Of a stretch of DNA of 64,000 nt, positions 12,190 to 24,700 are shown in pieces (the first letter of the stretch is position 1; each line of letters opens with the position of its first letter). The DNA comes from Azolla caroliniana (lineage: Eukaryota; Plantae; Polypodiophyta), in contig JBHGNT010000010.1 in NCBI GenBank assembly GCA_043228905.1, forward strand, positions 17,236,001 to 17,300,000. Reading direction: 5' to 3'. Under the pieces are notes generated by a model. It did not search any database. It saw only the letters and a list, made by a program, of their open reading frames with translations, and was not told the DNA's origin. A program made the position numbers and the translations under genes.

Positions 12190-15100
12190 AAGTGGTATCA
12201 GAGTGAAACGACACAGAAAATGGACGATTCGTTGGGAGGCATGTTCAAGCTCACCGGCTCCAACTATTCGGTGTGGAAGTCGAAGATGAGGGACATGCTC
12301 GTGGTTAAAGATCTTTTGTTGCCGGTTCAGTTCGGGGACAAGAGACCGGACAAAATCGACGCCACGATATGGGAGGTGATGCACATGAAGACAACGGCGT
12401 ACATACGGTGCTTCATCGACATGAGCCTATACAACCACTTCAATGAAGAGAGCAAGGCTCATGAGCTCTGGGAGAAGATCAACATTATGTTTTAGAACAA
12501 AAATGCTATTAACCAGGTTTCGGTATTCCGGAAGCTAGTAAGACTCCGGTACCAAGATGGCTCCAGCATGGCGGAGCACATGAATGCCTTCCAGGGGCTG
12601 ATACACCAGGCAACATCATTGGAAGTGCCTCTCGCCGATGAGGTACTAGCGCTACTCCTGCTCGGTTCCCTCCCGGATAGCTGGGAGACGTTGGTTGTCA
12701 CTTTGGGCAATGCCGGGCCGGAAGGGAAACGGTTATCCCTAGCAAGAGTGAAGTTGAGCTTGCTAGATGAGGAGGCGCGTCGGAAAGATAAGGATACGAG
12801 CTCCGACTCCAAAGCGCTCCTTACCGAATCGAAACGCGGAAGACATAGAAACCGTAGTTCCCAGAAACGGGAAAAGTCGGAGACATGGTCAAAGTCAAGG
12901 GGGAGGCCTACTTGCTTCTATTGCGGCAAGCCGGGACACTTCCAAAAGAACTGTCGGCATTTCCGAAAAGACAAGGAAACCGACGGTACCGATTCGAAGC
13001 GGACACCGAACCGGAATGGTAAAGACCGGAGGGGAACGGACCGGACCGGAACGACGACAATCGCGGCAAGTGAAGAAGAGTTTATGCTCATCACCGAGGA
13101 GAGTGAGATAAACCTTGCCGACGATGAGATGACCTGGGTGGTCGACTCCGGAGCGTTGTTCCACCTTACCCCGGACCGGAAATGCTTCTCATCCTACTCA
13201 GCCGGTGATCACGGTTGTGTCCGGATGGGGAATGAAGGTACATGCCAAATTGTCGGCATAGGAGATGTGTGGTTGACAACACTAATTGGATGCAAGCTGC
13301 TGCTGAAGGATGTCCGACACGTTCCGGAGGTTCGTCTGAACCTGATATCAGCCGGTCGGCTAGATGATGAAGGCTACACAGGTAGCATCCAGAACGGTGT
13401 TATGAAGTTCAGCAAAGGGAGCCTGATTGTGGCTCGGGCCCGAAAGGTAAACACGTTGTACCTGATGAATGCCCGGTTATGTCCGGAGGAAGTGAACGTG
13501 GCATCCGACACTGCCGGTGAGCTGTGGCACAAAAGGCTGTGTCACATGAGCGAGAAGGGGATGAAGAGGCTTGCAGAAGACAACCTCATTCCAGTGAATA
13601 ACGTGCACTTGGAGAAGTGGACTGATTGTCTGGCCGGTAAGCAAAACCGGACCTCCTTCCGACCAAGGCCACCGATGAGACGTAATGCACCACTCGAGTT
13701 GGTGCATACTGATGTGTGTCAAGTGGACACGAAGTGACATGCGGGATCGCAGTACTTCGTGACGTTCATAGATGACCACTGTCGGAAGCTGTGGGCCACA
13801 CCGCTGAAGACGAAGGATCAGGTGCTATCCGTCTTCAAAGAGCTCCACGCGAGAGTGGAAAGAGAAACCAGCCGGAACCTAAAGGCGGTTCGAGCAGATA
13901 ATGGAGGTGAATACCGGGGGCAGTTCGAGGAGTACTATCGCTTGAAGGGAATCCGGCTCGAATTTACCGTGCCGAAGACGCTGGAACTAAACGGGCTAGC
14001 CGAGAGGATGAACCGGACCATAATGGAGAGGGTCCGGAGTATGCTGGCGCATGCAAAACTACCCAAGAAGTTTTGGGCTGAGGCACTATCGACGACGACA
14101 TATGTGATAAACAAATCACCCTCAGTACCCTTGGACGGAGACACGCCATAGAGAGTCTGGACCGGTAAGGAAGTGTCCTACCGGCATCTGAAGGTATTCG
14201 GGTGTCTTGCGTATGTGCATGTAGCTAAGGACTTGAGAGGAAAACTAGATCCGAAGACCCGCCATGCATATTCCTTGGTTACGGCGACGATGAGTTCTGC
14301 TACCGAGTGTGGGACCTGGTCGACAAGAACGTATTCTGGAGTCGAGATATTATCTTTATGGAGGACAAGACGCTCGCCGACTGGGAGTCGGAGAAGAAGA
14401 TAATGAACTCCGAGTCGACCGGTAAGGATCGATTCTACGATGAGCAGACCCAACCAGCAAGAAACCGGTTAGCACTCGAGGAACCAGTTGGTTACGGTGA
14501 GGACACCGAACCGGTAGAAGAAGAAGTAGAGGAAGATGAAACCGGAACCAGCCAAGACCCCGAATCAGATTCGGATGAAGAGCGAATGGAGGGCCTGGTT
14601 ACCGAAGCCCAAAGACAGAGATATCCTCTCAGAGAGAGAAGGGCCCCCCGGAGATTTTCGGATGCAGAGCATGTGCTGGTAACCGATGAGGGGGAGCCAG
14701 AAAGCTTCGTAGAGGCAAAGGATGACACCCACAACCGCAAATGGTTAAGTGCCATGCAGGATGAGATGGATTCCCTGCATGAGAACCATACGTACGGATT
14801 GGTGGATTTGCCGAAAGGAAAGTGGGCACTCCGAAATAAGTGGGTGTACAAGTTGAAACCGGGAGATGCCGGTAACCCCCTGAGATACAAAGCCAGGATC
14901 GTGGTGAAGGGGTTCCAGCAGAAGAAGGGCGTGGACTTCGACGAGATATTTGCCCCGGTAGTAAAGATGACAAAGGTGCTTCAGCGGTTCAACATGTTAG
15001 AAGCGAAACCGGTCGGATCGACACTTCCGGCAAACTGCAGGTTATCCGGTAACCAAAGCCCGAAGACAAAAGCAGAGAAGGCGGATATGATGAAGGTTCC

Positions 15101-15595
15101 ATATGCCTCTGCCGTCGGGAGCTTAATGTACGCAATGGTGTGTAACCGACCGGATATAGGATACGCAGTCGGAGTGGTGAGCCGGTTTATGAGCAATCCC
15201 GACAAGGAGCACTGGAACGCGGTCAAATGGATACTCCGTTACTTGAAGGGCACTTCAAATATGTGTCTCCGATTCGGCTCCGGAAAACCTCAACTTGACG
15301 GTTTTACCGATTCGGATATGTCGGCTGATGTGGATACTAGCCGGTCTACATCCGGGTAATGTAATGACATATGCAGGGGGGGCTGTTTCGTGGCAGTCGA
15401 GGTTGCAGAAGACGGTTGCGTTGTCAACTACGGAGGCGGAGTACATGGTGGCTGTGGAGTTCACGCTAACGAAGATCCACACGGCCGAGAACGGGTAAGA
15501 TATGCTGACCAAAGTACTGACACCTGACAAGCTGGATGCATGTCGGAAGCGGGTCGGACTAGTAAGACACCCCATGCCGGAGTGAAGGGGGAGTT

Positions 15596-16018
15596 TGTTA
15601 GGAAACAGGTCCCTCCGGATGAGGAGTACCCGGCTACGGATGACCCGGTGAGAACCGGATGATGAGTGCTTGGCAAGCGTCGGATGATGCAGGCCCGGTG
15701 AAGAGTGATCACCGGATGAAGGGACATATTCGTAAATATGTTTCTGAGAGTCCATCGGGGTTATATTTGTAAATAGCCAGAAAGTCATATTAGTATAAAT
15801 ATGACTTAGGGAAAACTGTTGTTTATGATGTGTGTGTGTAGCTGTTGTCATTCTTGTTGGCGCAAGATTAGAGCGCAACAGTGTACAGAGAGAGAGAGAG
15901 AGAGAAAGAAACGAAGAGGTCGCTTGCCTCTGTTGTAACCGCCGCCTGTGGCGAAGATCGTGAGCACGAGACTTGGTTGTGGCCGAGTGGTGTGCAAAGG
16001 GAGCGTGCATTCCTGTTA
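15596..16018 (+). repeat. 3' LTR of the Copia at 11648-16018
   Basis: Starts TGTTAGGAAACAGG after the PPT; ends TGTTA (CA>TA) followed by TSD GAGTA. Confidence 0.93.
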
Positions 16019-16023
16019 GAGTA

Positions 16024-16705
16024 TACATCGTCGTTTCCCATGATAATGTACAAAGCTCCACCCAATGATCTAGTAGGCATAGGGCCACATACATATGTAT
16101 GAACAAGACCCAATGGTCAAGTGAATGAGTCAATGTGGATCTTATATACATTTTTTATTTGTTTTCCATATTGACAATGATAAAACATAGCCATAACAAG
16201 AAAGAGTTCCCATTCCATTACGAGACATATTGCCTAAAAAACCATGCTAAATACAAGTCATAGGCTATTTTGTGATAATTAATAATTTTCCTTTTGATGA
16301 ACAAATAAGGAGTAAAGAGAGCCAACTTTATTTCCCTTTAGATAACCATGCTTCTTTTTGTTATGTACATTTTTTATGGTAAGCTATGAACCATCACCAA
16401 AATGTACTACAACATCCCCAATACCAATAACATCATACCGATGTTAGACTCCATGTCTGACTTTACCAAGTGGTTTGGTTTTATAACTTGTGAATCATTC
16501 CTTGTATGGAGCCACATGAAATGATACACTAGAGTCCAACAATCATATATGAGATGGAGAAAAGACCATATTTACCTTGGCATGTGTTGTAGCATCATTC
16601 AAAACCAATATGTTTATATCATCACATGTTAGATTTCTTTCAATTTGTTCATCATGCCCATCACCTATGGCTTTAAGATTTTCTTTTCCTTTGTTCATTA
16701 AGGTA
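16024..16705 (-). mobile_element. Old Copia host, segment 2 (protease to start of integrase)
   Basis: GLVHTYVCGPMPTRSLGGALY integrase start abuts the TSD; LLDSSVSFHVAP protease-like motif near 16505-16545. Confidence 0.75.
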
Positions 16706-18512
16706 TAACAATATTTATTTATTTATTTATTTCCAAAATGAAGCTACTTTCCCATTAGTTAGGAAGGATTATTACAAAGAGACTGTACAAGGAGGCTTAA
16801 ACATAGATCGGGGAATCTCCCTCCGATCAAGTTCAAGAAAATGAGACTAGTTACATCGCCTTTCCGACTGACTACTTAATGTAAGTACCTATAGCTAAAA
16901 CGGTGCCCTTCAGTGATGGCTAGTACAAGACAACTCTCGGGGTCGACAGCGAAGGGAGGGTGGTAAGTGAGCCGGAAACAGCCAACGTGGGGGCTGGTAG
17001 TTCCACCTCGGGCCACTTCCTCCTTGTGTCACCATAGGCGTGTTCCGCCATTTCTGCCAAAAGCGCAAACGAGCAGTGCCCACGTCAGTGGAATGGCTGA
17101 AAACCTCGTCCAATTGCCCTCGTAGGCAGCTAATAAGCGCAAGCCATATATCCATGATCACTTGCTCCGAGGGTTGCACCAAATCCTGGAAGACCTTTAG
17201 GCAACGCGCTTTCCATACATACCACAGGGGGTGAAGCCTGCGATCAGCATCCAAATGTCCGAGAACCTAGGGGATGCGGACTACAAGCCTCTCTCAAATC
17301 GAATCTTGGCGATTTTGCCTCTTATGCATACGTAACACCAACTATCCGCATTGAAGGCATCCGCCCACCTATCAACGGAGTGATCAAGCCATGCTGCAAC
17401 ACTCCACGATGTTGTTCCTTCCACTTCACATGCTGCAAGGAGGCGAGTCACTCTATCCCATACCTTTTGAGTGTGAGGGAAATCCCATAGACAATGTCTT
17501 AGAGTCTCAATAGGTGAATGGCAAAGTGGGCAACCTAACGGGCCACCATGTTTACCGAGACATTCGCCAATGGGAACCACATTATGACCGATTTGCCACC
17601 AAAAAAACTTTATCTTTTCCGGAAAGTGGAGACACCAGAGACCCTTCCAAAAGGTAATGAGCACCTCATCAGGGATGCCCAATGTACGCTAGCCATTGCG
17701 TAAGGGGCCGTCTAGCTGCAGTTGAAAGGTCCGGCCTAGTTTAGTGTTGTATTCGAAGAAATGGCGAAATCTGCCATCATGTTTCCACATGAAATCCCTT
17801 GGGTCCCATTCCAGTTTGACAAGGGGACGACAACCATATACCCATAACTTCCAATGGGGTTCCACCTTAACAACATCCGGGCCTGTCTTCCAGATGTTAC
17901 CAACCTGCGCCACCACGCGGATTGGGTGCCAAGAGCCCCTACTTTGACTCTCCCCAAAAATCCTATCTCTTGTCGATCCGCTCACACCCTTCAGCGCCTT
18001 AACCCTTCCAGCCTCATCAAAGAGACCGAACCAAGCATCTTCTCTCACCTCTGTTAATCCTTAGGGCCGGACAACAGCCTAACATAGGGTGTCCACTTAA
18101 GACACTTCACCAAAGGGTGTTACGACGAGATAACTTACGACACAACGCTTAATTGGACCTTAATCGGTTACTTAGTAATACGTCATTAACACCCGTAAGA
18201 TATACAATAAGCACAGAACGGTGAACAATACTCAATGATTAAACAAAAGGTTTATATTACTCTCCGTTAATGACTACATTGTAACCGGGCCTTTATATAT
18301 GTCACCGGTGCGGAGTACAAAACGGTGCCAACTGGCACCTATTCGGGATCGGTCCGGATCCGGATCGGCATACCGATTCCAGTCCGTCCGTCCACATCTT
18401 CTCATATATTAATATATTAAGACTAGTAATTACAACAGATTCCCAAATAACAATTCCCCTTTTCACACTCTGGTCTGGACATCTTCTAGCCCTCTTGCCG
18501 GCTGGGTAACAC

Positions 18513-21337
18513 ATGGCACGCCCGTGGGATAGTACCTTGTACGTCGAATCCACTATCCGGCCCTGTTACTCTTCATCCAAAATGTCCAGAATGCTTTGCT
18601 CCAGAGTTTCCAATGGCGCGACGAAAATCTGTTGTTGCTGCTATGGTTGCTGTTGTGGCTGCTGTGGTGGCTGCTCCGACCCTGGCTGTGACTCTGATTG
18701 TTGATCTGGCACCGGCATTTCCTTCGTTAGAGTTGTCTCTGGTTTACTTACCCTGGCCTGGTCTCCGTCTGGTCCTTGTACCAGTGACGGTTCCTCATCA
18801 CAGAGGTTGACCGTTGCCGCCTGCCTTGCTTTTTCTTCCCTAAGCCGAGACCACTCATAGCTCTCAAACTGGATTTGAGCATCCATCTGATCATCGTCCA
18901 GTTGAGCTATGAGTTGTCGGACCTGCACCAATTGCTCATCCGCCAGAGTTGTGAAATCTTCTGCCAGCTCATCCTTTATGGCGGTGAAGTCCTCCGATGT
19001 GAGCATGTAACAGTTGTCACCTTCCTTCCGCCGGTTTTCCGCGTCCGCCCTGAGCAACCGGAGTTCAGCCATATTCTGCGCCCATTTCGTCCACCGTCGC
19101 ACAGAGCTCTCGTCAATCAAGCGTTTAGTCTTGTTTAGCCATGCCCGAAGGATGCACTGGATCCGTTTGGTTCTGATATGTGATTTGTTCTCCGCGGCTT
19201 GTCGCTCCTCTTTCAATTGCTTGATGATTCTAACCGTGTCCGCCTCTTGCTCCCTATAATGCGACAATTGACTTTGATAGGTTGTTTGCAACTTCTGTAA
19301 CACCATTGTCACCCTCTCCTTTTCTTCATGGTGCTGCTTGTGGAGCTCCATCCGGTCCTCGCCGCTTCCTCCAATAGCTTTGTATTCTTAGCCCATTCGT
19401 CGGCGAGTGCCGTCGTGGCCCTATCAACTTCCTGCCGGAGCTCGGCCATCCTTTCCTGCTGTTGCTTATGCTCCGTGTCCAAGCTCTTAAAATTTCGGTG
19501 CAGGTGGTCGAAGTCCTCTGTCTTCTGCTTCAGCATCTGGTTGATTTTCCAGCGAGCGCGGTCTTCCCGGTCCTTTTGTTGACGGAGTTCTTCTTTCAGC
19601 CTTTCGATTTCCGTTTCCACCATCCGTTGCAGCTTGTCCTTCTCATGCAACAATTTTTCTTTTTCCTCTAGCCGGTAGTAGGCTTGATGCCCTTTCCACA
19701 GATTTTCTTCTGTCTGGCGGAGGTTTTCAACAGTCTTCTTTAACTCCTCTTCTGCCGCTTTCTTCAAGTCTCGTTCGCGGCTCCGTAGTGCTTCTTGTGC
19801 AGCAAGTTCGTCCCTTAATTCGGCAAGCTCTTGGGCTTGCGCCGCATCTTTCTCCGGGATGGTTTCTATCTCCGGGGTCTTATTTGTATGTACAAGCGTG
19901 GTTGTTTCTTTATTCTGTACACCATCGGAGTCACCGGTGCTTGGATCTGTGTTGCGGTTAAGGCCATTTTGGCCATGTCTTCTATGACCCGATCCAAGTC
20001 TTGTTCAAGGCACCAGATCCTTGACCGGGCCGTCTCTAGTTCATTGGTTGTGACTAGCAACCGTTCCATTTGTGCTCGTTCTTCCGCCTCTACATACAGT
20101 ATCACTCCAACAACTTGCTCTCCTATCCACCGGAGCCATTGGCTGCCGGTGCCCTGTTGTTGCGTCTGCACGGAGGGTTGGCTGATGGGTTCACTTGCTA
20201 GTGGCCGGTCCCGCCTAACTGTGTCGAGCTACAATTCCGGCTCTGCCTGCTGACCACTTTGTCGTTTAGGTTCTGGTTGTGTTTCGGCTGGCCGCTCTTG
20301 CTCTGCTTGTTCTTGGCCGGCTGAGGAAGGTGGCACATGCCTTACCGGTGCTTGCGTTTCGAGGCTTGCCGTTTCTGACCCGACGGTATTGCCTGTTGTG
20401 CAGGGGCTTCTGAGACCCGTTCCATCCAAACCGGTTCCGGTTCCTCCCTTGGCGTAGGATTGTCAGTGTGGGGTAAAAGCGTTCCATCCTTCTGTGGGTT
20501 CGAACGCTTCCTGGCTGATTCTGCAGTGCTCGACGGTCGGCCGCCGCTGGAGGTGCTCCGTAGGTTCTTCCTCCGTTTCCTCCTCCTGAGTCCCGGGATT
20601 CATTCTTGCCGCCAGGGTGTCCGTTTCTTGCTGCACCGGTCGGCGGAGTGTGCTCTTCAGGGTCCGTGCCGGTGTCTCCTCCCGCGTCTTCGTCGGCTGC
20701 TTCCGGATGGCGCGCTCCTTCGTCGCCTGCTCTGTGTCGGCTGTCTTCCCCTTAGTGGTCTTGGAGGCCAAGAACTACTGTCGTTTTGAAGTAGCTTTCG
20801 GGGTGCCGTTCGTTACTCTTCCTCGCTTCTTGGTCTGGACGGGCTCGACAGGTGGCGCCAATAGGGTGAGCCATTGCGCCACCGCATGCCGTATTTTCCG
20901 GACTTCTTTGGCTTCCTTACCTCTTACGGTGTCAATAGCCGCACACAATCCGTCGACGATCAGCACCGGCCAATCCACCTTGACCCCTTCGTATGTTGCG
21001 ATGATCAAGCTTGCTCGGTTCTGAGGCATAACGGGGGGTCAAGGGTATACGTGGCCGAACTCATGGAGTGCCCGAGCAATTTCTCAGAATAACATATCTT
21101 CTATGCCCTTTGTCCTGTAGCCCTTGCTGGCCAGAGAATACTCGCCGAAGTATTTGATGAGCTGTTCGGAGGTAGGGTTGTCAATAGTATAGATGCCCCC
21201 CTTCGGAAGGCCTGTTAGTGCACGGATCGCTTCCTCTGTGATCAGCTCGGTGTCAATTTCTTTGATGATCTTGTCGGCTTCTCTGTGTGGTGGTGCGTCC
21301 ATTTCTTGGCGGCCTCAAAGAGAGTATGGCAGTCCAT
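18513..21337 (-). pseudogene. Extra ORF between pol and the 3' LTR: plant-mobile-domain-like N-terminus, low-complexity linker, long coiled coil
   Basis: Consecutive sense ORF pieces 21084-21302, 20775-21029, 20463-20771, 19866-20171, 19309-19767 and 18641-19351; ITEEAIRALTGLPKGG resembles the PMD TLEDV..LLGLP..G motif; E/K/Q/R-rich heptad-like C-terminal half. Confidence 0.65.
18514..18529 (+). promoter_or_regulatory. Second PBS-like site occupying the PPT position
   Basis: TGGCACGCCCGTGGGA lies 2 nt inside the 3' LTR and closely matches the TGGCACGCCCAGTGGGA tRNA-Arg(UCU)-type PBS (recalled); no purine tract is present here. Confidence 0.7.
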
Positions 21338-21742
21338 GCCTGCGTCGAGGTCAGACAGCGTTGGTGAGGGCTGTGTATGAGAAAGCTTTGTGTGAGGAAG
21401 CTCTGTGTGTGAAAGATCTGTGTGTGTTGGCTCTCTTCTGATGATCTTCAAGCGCCTGTGTGCGTTTGTGCTCCTTGGTTCGCGAAAGAAGAAGGTCTCG
21501 ATGCGGGGGGGGGGGGGTTTCTCTCTGCATCCTGGCACCTTTTTCGAGCCTACGCGTGTGCAGGTCGTATACTATAATAGCATTACGTGCCATGTGGCGG
21601 TGGTTTAATGCCCTATTCATAGCCCCCTCGTACCTTTTCTAAGTGCCTCTTTACTCCTCGTTTGCATGGCCGTTCACACCACTCCTTTGCATGATTTCTT
21701 TGATTCGTTTGTATTTTTTTTTTTAAAATATCAATTGTTTGG

Positions 21743-24700
21743 TTACTTCGTCTCTGGTCCTATCGGACCCTTACCCGAATGAGGAATCTTGCCGGCCTCG
21801 TGACGGTTTGCTGTCCTCTTATCCAACCCGTGTGCTGGCACTTTGTCCCCCTTACCGGCTTCATTGTTGCCGATTGCTAATCGGGTTGCCGGTATGCCAG
21901 TATTTGGTTCAGCATCGGCCTTTCCTTGTTCAAATGGGTTCCTTGGCATGGGTCCCTTGTATGGCTTTAGTCGAAATCCGTTGACCCACTTACCCAGGAC
22001 CTCGCCGGCAAATGTCCCTAACTGGTAGGATCCATTGAACTCACGTGTGATCCAGTATGGTCCAGTCCACCGAAACCGTAGTTTCCTCGACATCTTTCCC
22101 ATCCGGGTCAGGAACACTAGTACCGGCTTGCCGATTCCAAACATCTTTTCATTTCCTTTTCGGTGGCGATCCACAAACGCCTTTCTTCGTCGTTGCTCCA
22201 GTTCCAGGTGCATGATACTCGCTAGTCGGTGCTCTTCTAGTTCACACAAAGCTGCTAACCGAATTGCCTCCGATTCCTTTTCATTTAACCGTTCCCTAAT
22301 CTGAATCCATAAGCTCGGGACCTGGAACTCTACCGGCATGACGGCCTCCAATCCGAATGCTAGCCGGAACGGTGTGGTTTGGATGCTTGTTTTGTAGGCT
22401 GGCCGGCAAGCCCAGAGTGCGCTATGCAACTTCGTATCCCAGTCTGTCCGGTTTTCGTTGACGATTTTCCGAAGGATATTTTGTAGTGTTTTGTTCGTCG
22501 ACTCGGCTAACCCATTTGCTTGCGGATAGTATGGCGTGCTATGTTTATGCACCACGGCATAGAACGACGTCAAGATTTCCACCACTTGGCCGAGGAAGTG
22601 CCCTCCTTGGTCACTTATTAGCTCGATCGGGCATCCATACCTGCACTAGATGTATTCATACAAGAATTTCGCCGTCGACACCGCGGTGTTGTCGCGCAAG
22701 GCTTTGGCTTCTACCCATTTCGTGCAGTTATCTGTAGCTACGATCACATACTGGTTGCCGGTTCTCATTGCCGGTGGTTGAATGGACCCACAAAATCCAG
22801 CCCCCATTTCTGTAATGGTTCTAACGGCAGTACCGGCTGGTGCGGCATCCTAGCTTGTTCGGTTGGCTGGCCCATTCGCTGACATAGATCGCATTCTTTA
22901 GCATACCGGACTGCGTCTTTCAATGTTGTCGGCCACCATAGGCCACTCTGCCATATCTTCCTTGCCGTAGCATCTTCGGCGTAATGGCCTCTGGCGACTC
23001 CGTAGTGTGCTTCTCGTAGTATTATATCCTTCTGGTCACTGCGCACCGCCCGTTGCCATATACCGTCCGTGCCTTTGTGGTATAGCGTGTCCCGTACTAA
23101 ACAAAAGTGCCGGCTTTGTACCGCCAGGCGTTTCCTCTCGTCCCGGTTCATCTCCTCCGGAGGCAATCCGGTGCTCAAAAATTGTTGCATATTCGTTAGC
23201 CACTTATCTTCTTGTGCCACCGTTTCATCTGTTGCCATTTCCACGGTGTCTCGAAATAGCTCGGCATCCGGAAACTCGTCCGGAACTCCGTCACCAGTCT
23301 CGCCGGAATCTAACCGCCTCAAATAGTCTGCTACTACGTGTTGTATGCTGGGTCGGTGGAATATTTCGAACTCAAATTCCTGCAACAGTAACGTCCACCG
23401 TGCCAAGTTACCGGTTAGTGACGCTTTGGAAACTAAATAGAGGAGTGCCAAATGATCTACGTGGAAGGAAAATTTCCTTCCCAGCAAATAATGTCTGAAT
23501 TTTGTCATGCTGTAGATCATGCCCAAAGCTTCCCTCTCTGTGGTGGAATAATTTCGTTCGGCTTGGGATAACTTTTGGCTTGCGTAATATACGGGCCGGT
23601 ACCACCTTGGCTCCATAAGTTGCATCAACGCACTTCCGATTGCAATGTCGGACGCATCCACGAACACATGAAACTCCTTAGCCCAATCCGGGGGTTGCAC
23701 TATCGGCGCTTGCGACAATAGTACTTTGAGTGCCCGGTACGCCTTGTCTTCGGTGTCGGTCCACGATGTTCGGTGTACCGTAGCATGCAGTGGTGTAGCT
23801 AGGTCCGCCAGATACCGGAGCATTCGACTATGCCACCGGATTTGGCCTAAGAAACGGCTTAATGCTTTGGCCGTTGTTGGTGCCGGTGCCTCCAAGATTG
23901 CTTTTACTTTGTCTGAGTCCATGGCAATTCCTTCCTTGCTCACAATGTGTCCTAATAGCGCCCCGCTTGATACTCCGAATACACATTTTGCCGGATTCAA
24001 GCTTAGCCGGTAAGCCCGACATTTCTCTAGACACAGTCGGAGGTGCTGAAAGTGATCTCCTTCCCGGCTATAGACGGCGAAGTCATCCAGAAACACCTGC
24101 ATGAATGCCGGTATGAATTCTCCGAATATTTCCATGATGATCCCCTGGAACGTTGTCGGCGCCGTTTTTAGTCCGAACATCATTACTACGGCAACAAACA
24201 CTCCCCATTCGGTGACGAAAGTCGTTTTCTCCTAGTCATCGGGGTGCATCCGGATCTGGTTGTATCCGCTGAATCCATCTAAGAAACTGTATACCTCATG
24301 GCCGGCGACTGCGTCCAAGACTCCATCCGTAAATGGGAGTGGGAATGCATCTGTTACCATCGCCGCATTAAGCGTACGGTAGTCGACAGAAACTCTAATT
24401 TTGCTGTTTTTCTTTGATACGACTACTATCGGGCTCAACCATGTAGATTTCTTTACTGGGCGGATAAAGCCAACCCTCAGCAACTTGTCGATTTCCTCCT
24501 TGACTTTGGCGGCGTAATTTGGATTCATCCGGTACCGCCGTTGTGCTACCGGTTTGGCGTCTTTGCTCAAATGTATCTGATGTTGATATAGCTGAGGATC
24601 GAGCCCTCACATATCCTCGTAAGACCAAGAAAACACATCCCGAAATTCCTTGAGAAGTGTAATCATCGTCGTTTTCTTCTCTGGAGTCATTTCCTTGGCG

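Larger units (their letters stand above)
11648..16018 (+). mobile_element. Ty1/Copia LTR retrotransposon, both LTRs present, internally deleted (non-autonomous)
   Basis: 5' LTR 11648-12189 (TG..CA), PBS TGGTATCAGAG (tRNA-iMet) at 12193-12203, gag with CCHC knuckle, protease WVVDSG, integrase, partial RT, PPT AGTGAAGGGGGAG at 15581-15593, 3' LTR 15596-16018, TSD GAGTA at 11643-11647 and 16019-16023. Confidence 0.96.

Noticed and set aside
15255-16151. 298-aa minus-strand ORF
   Set aside because: Antisense read-through of the Copia LTR and flank; low-complexity translation and no domain.
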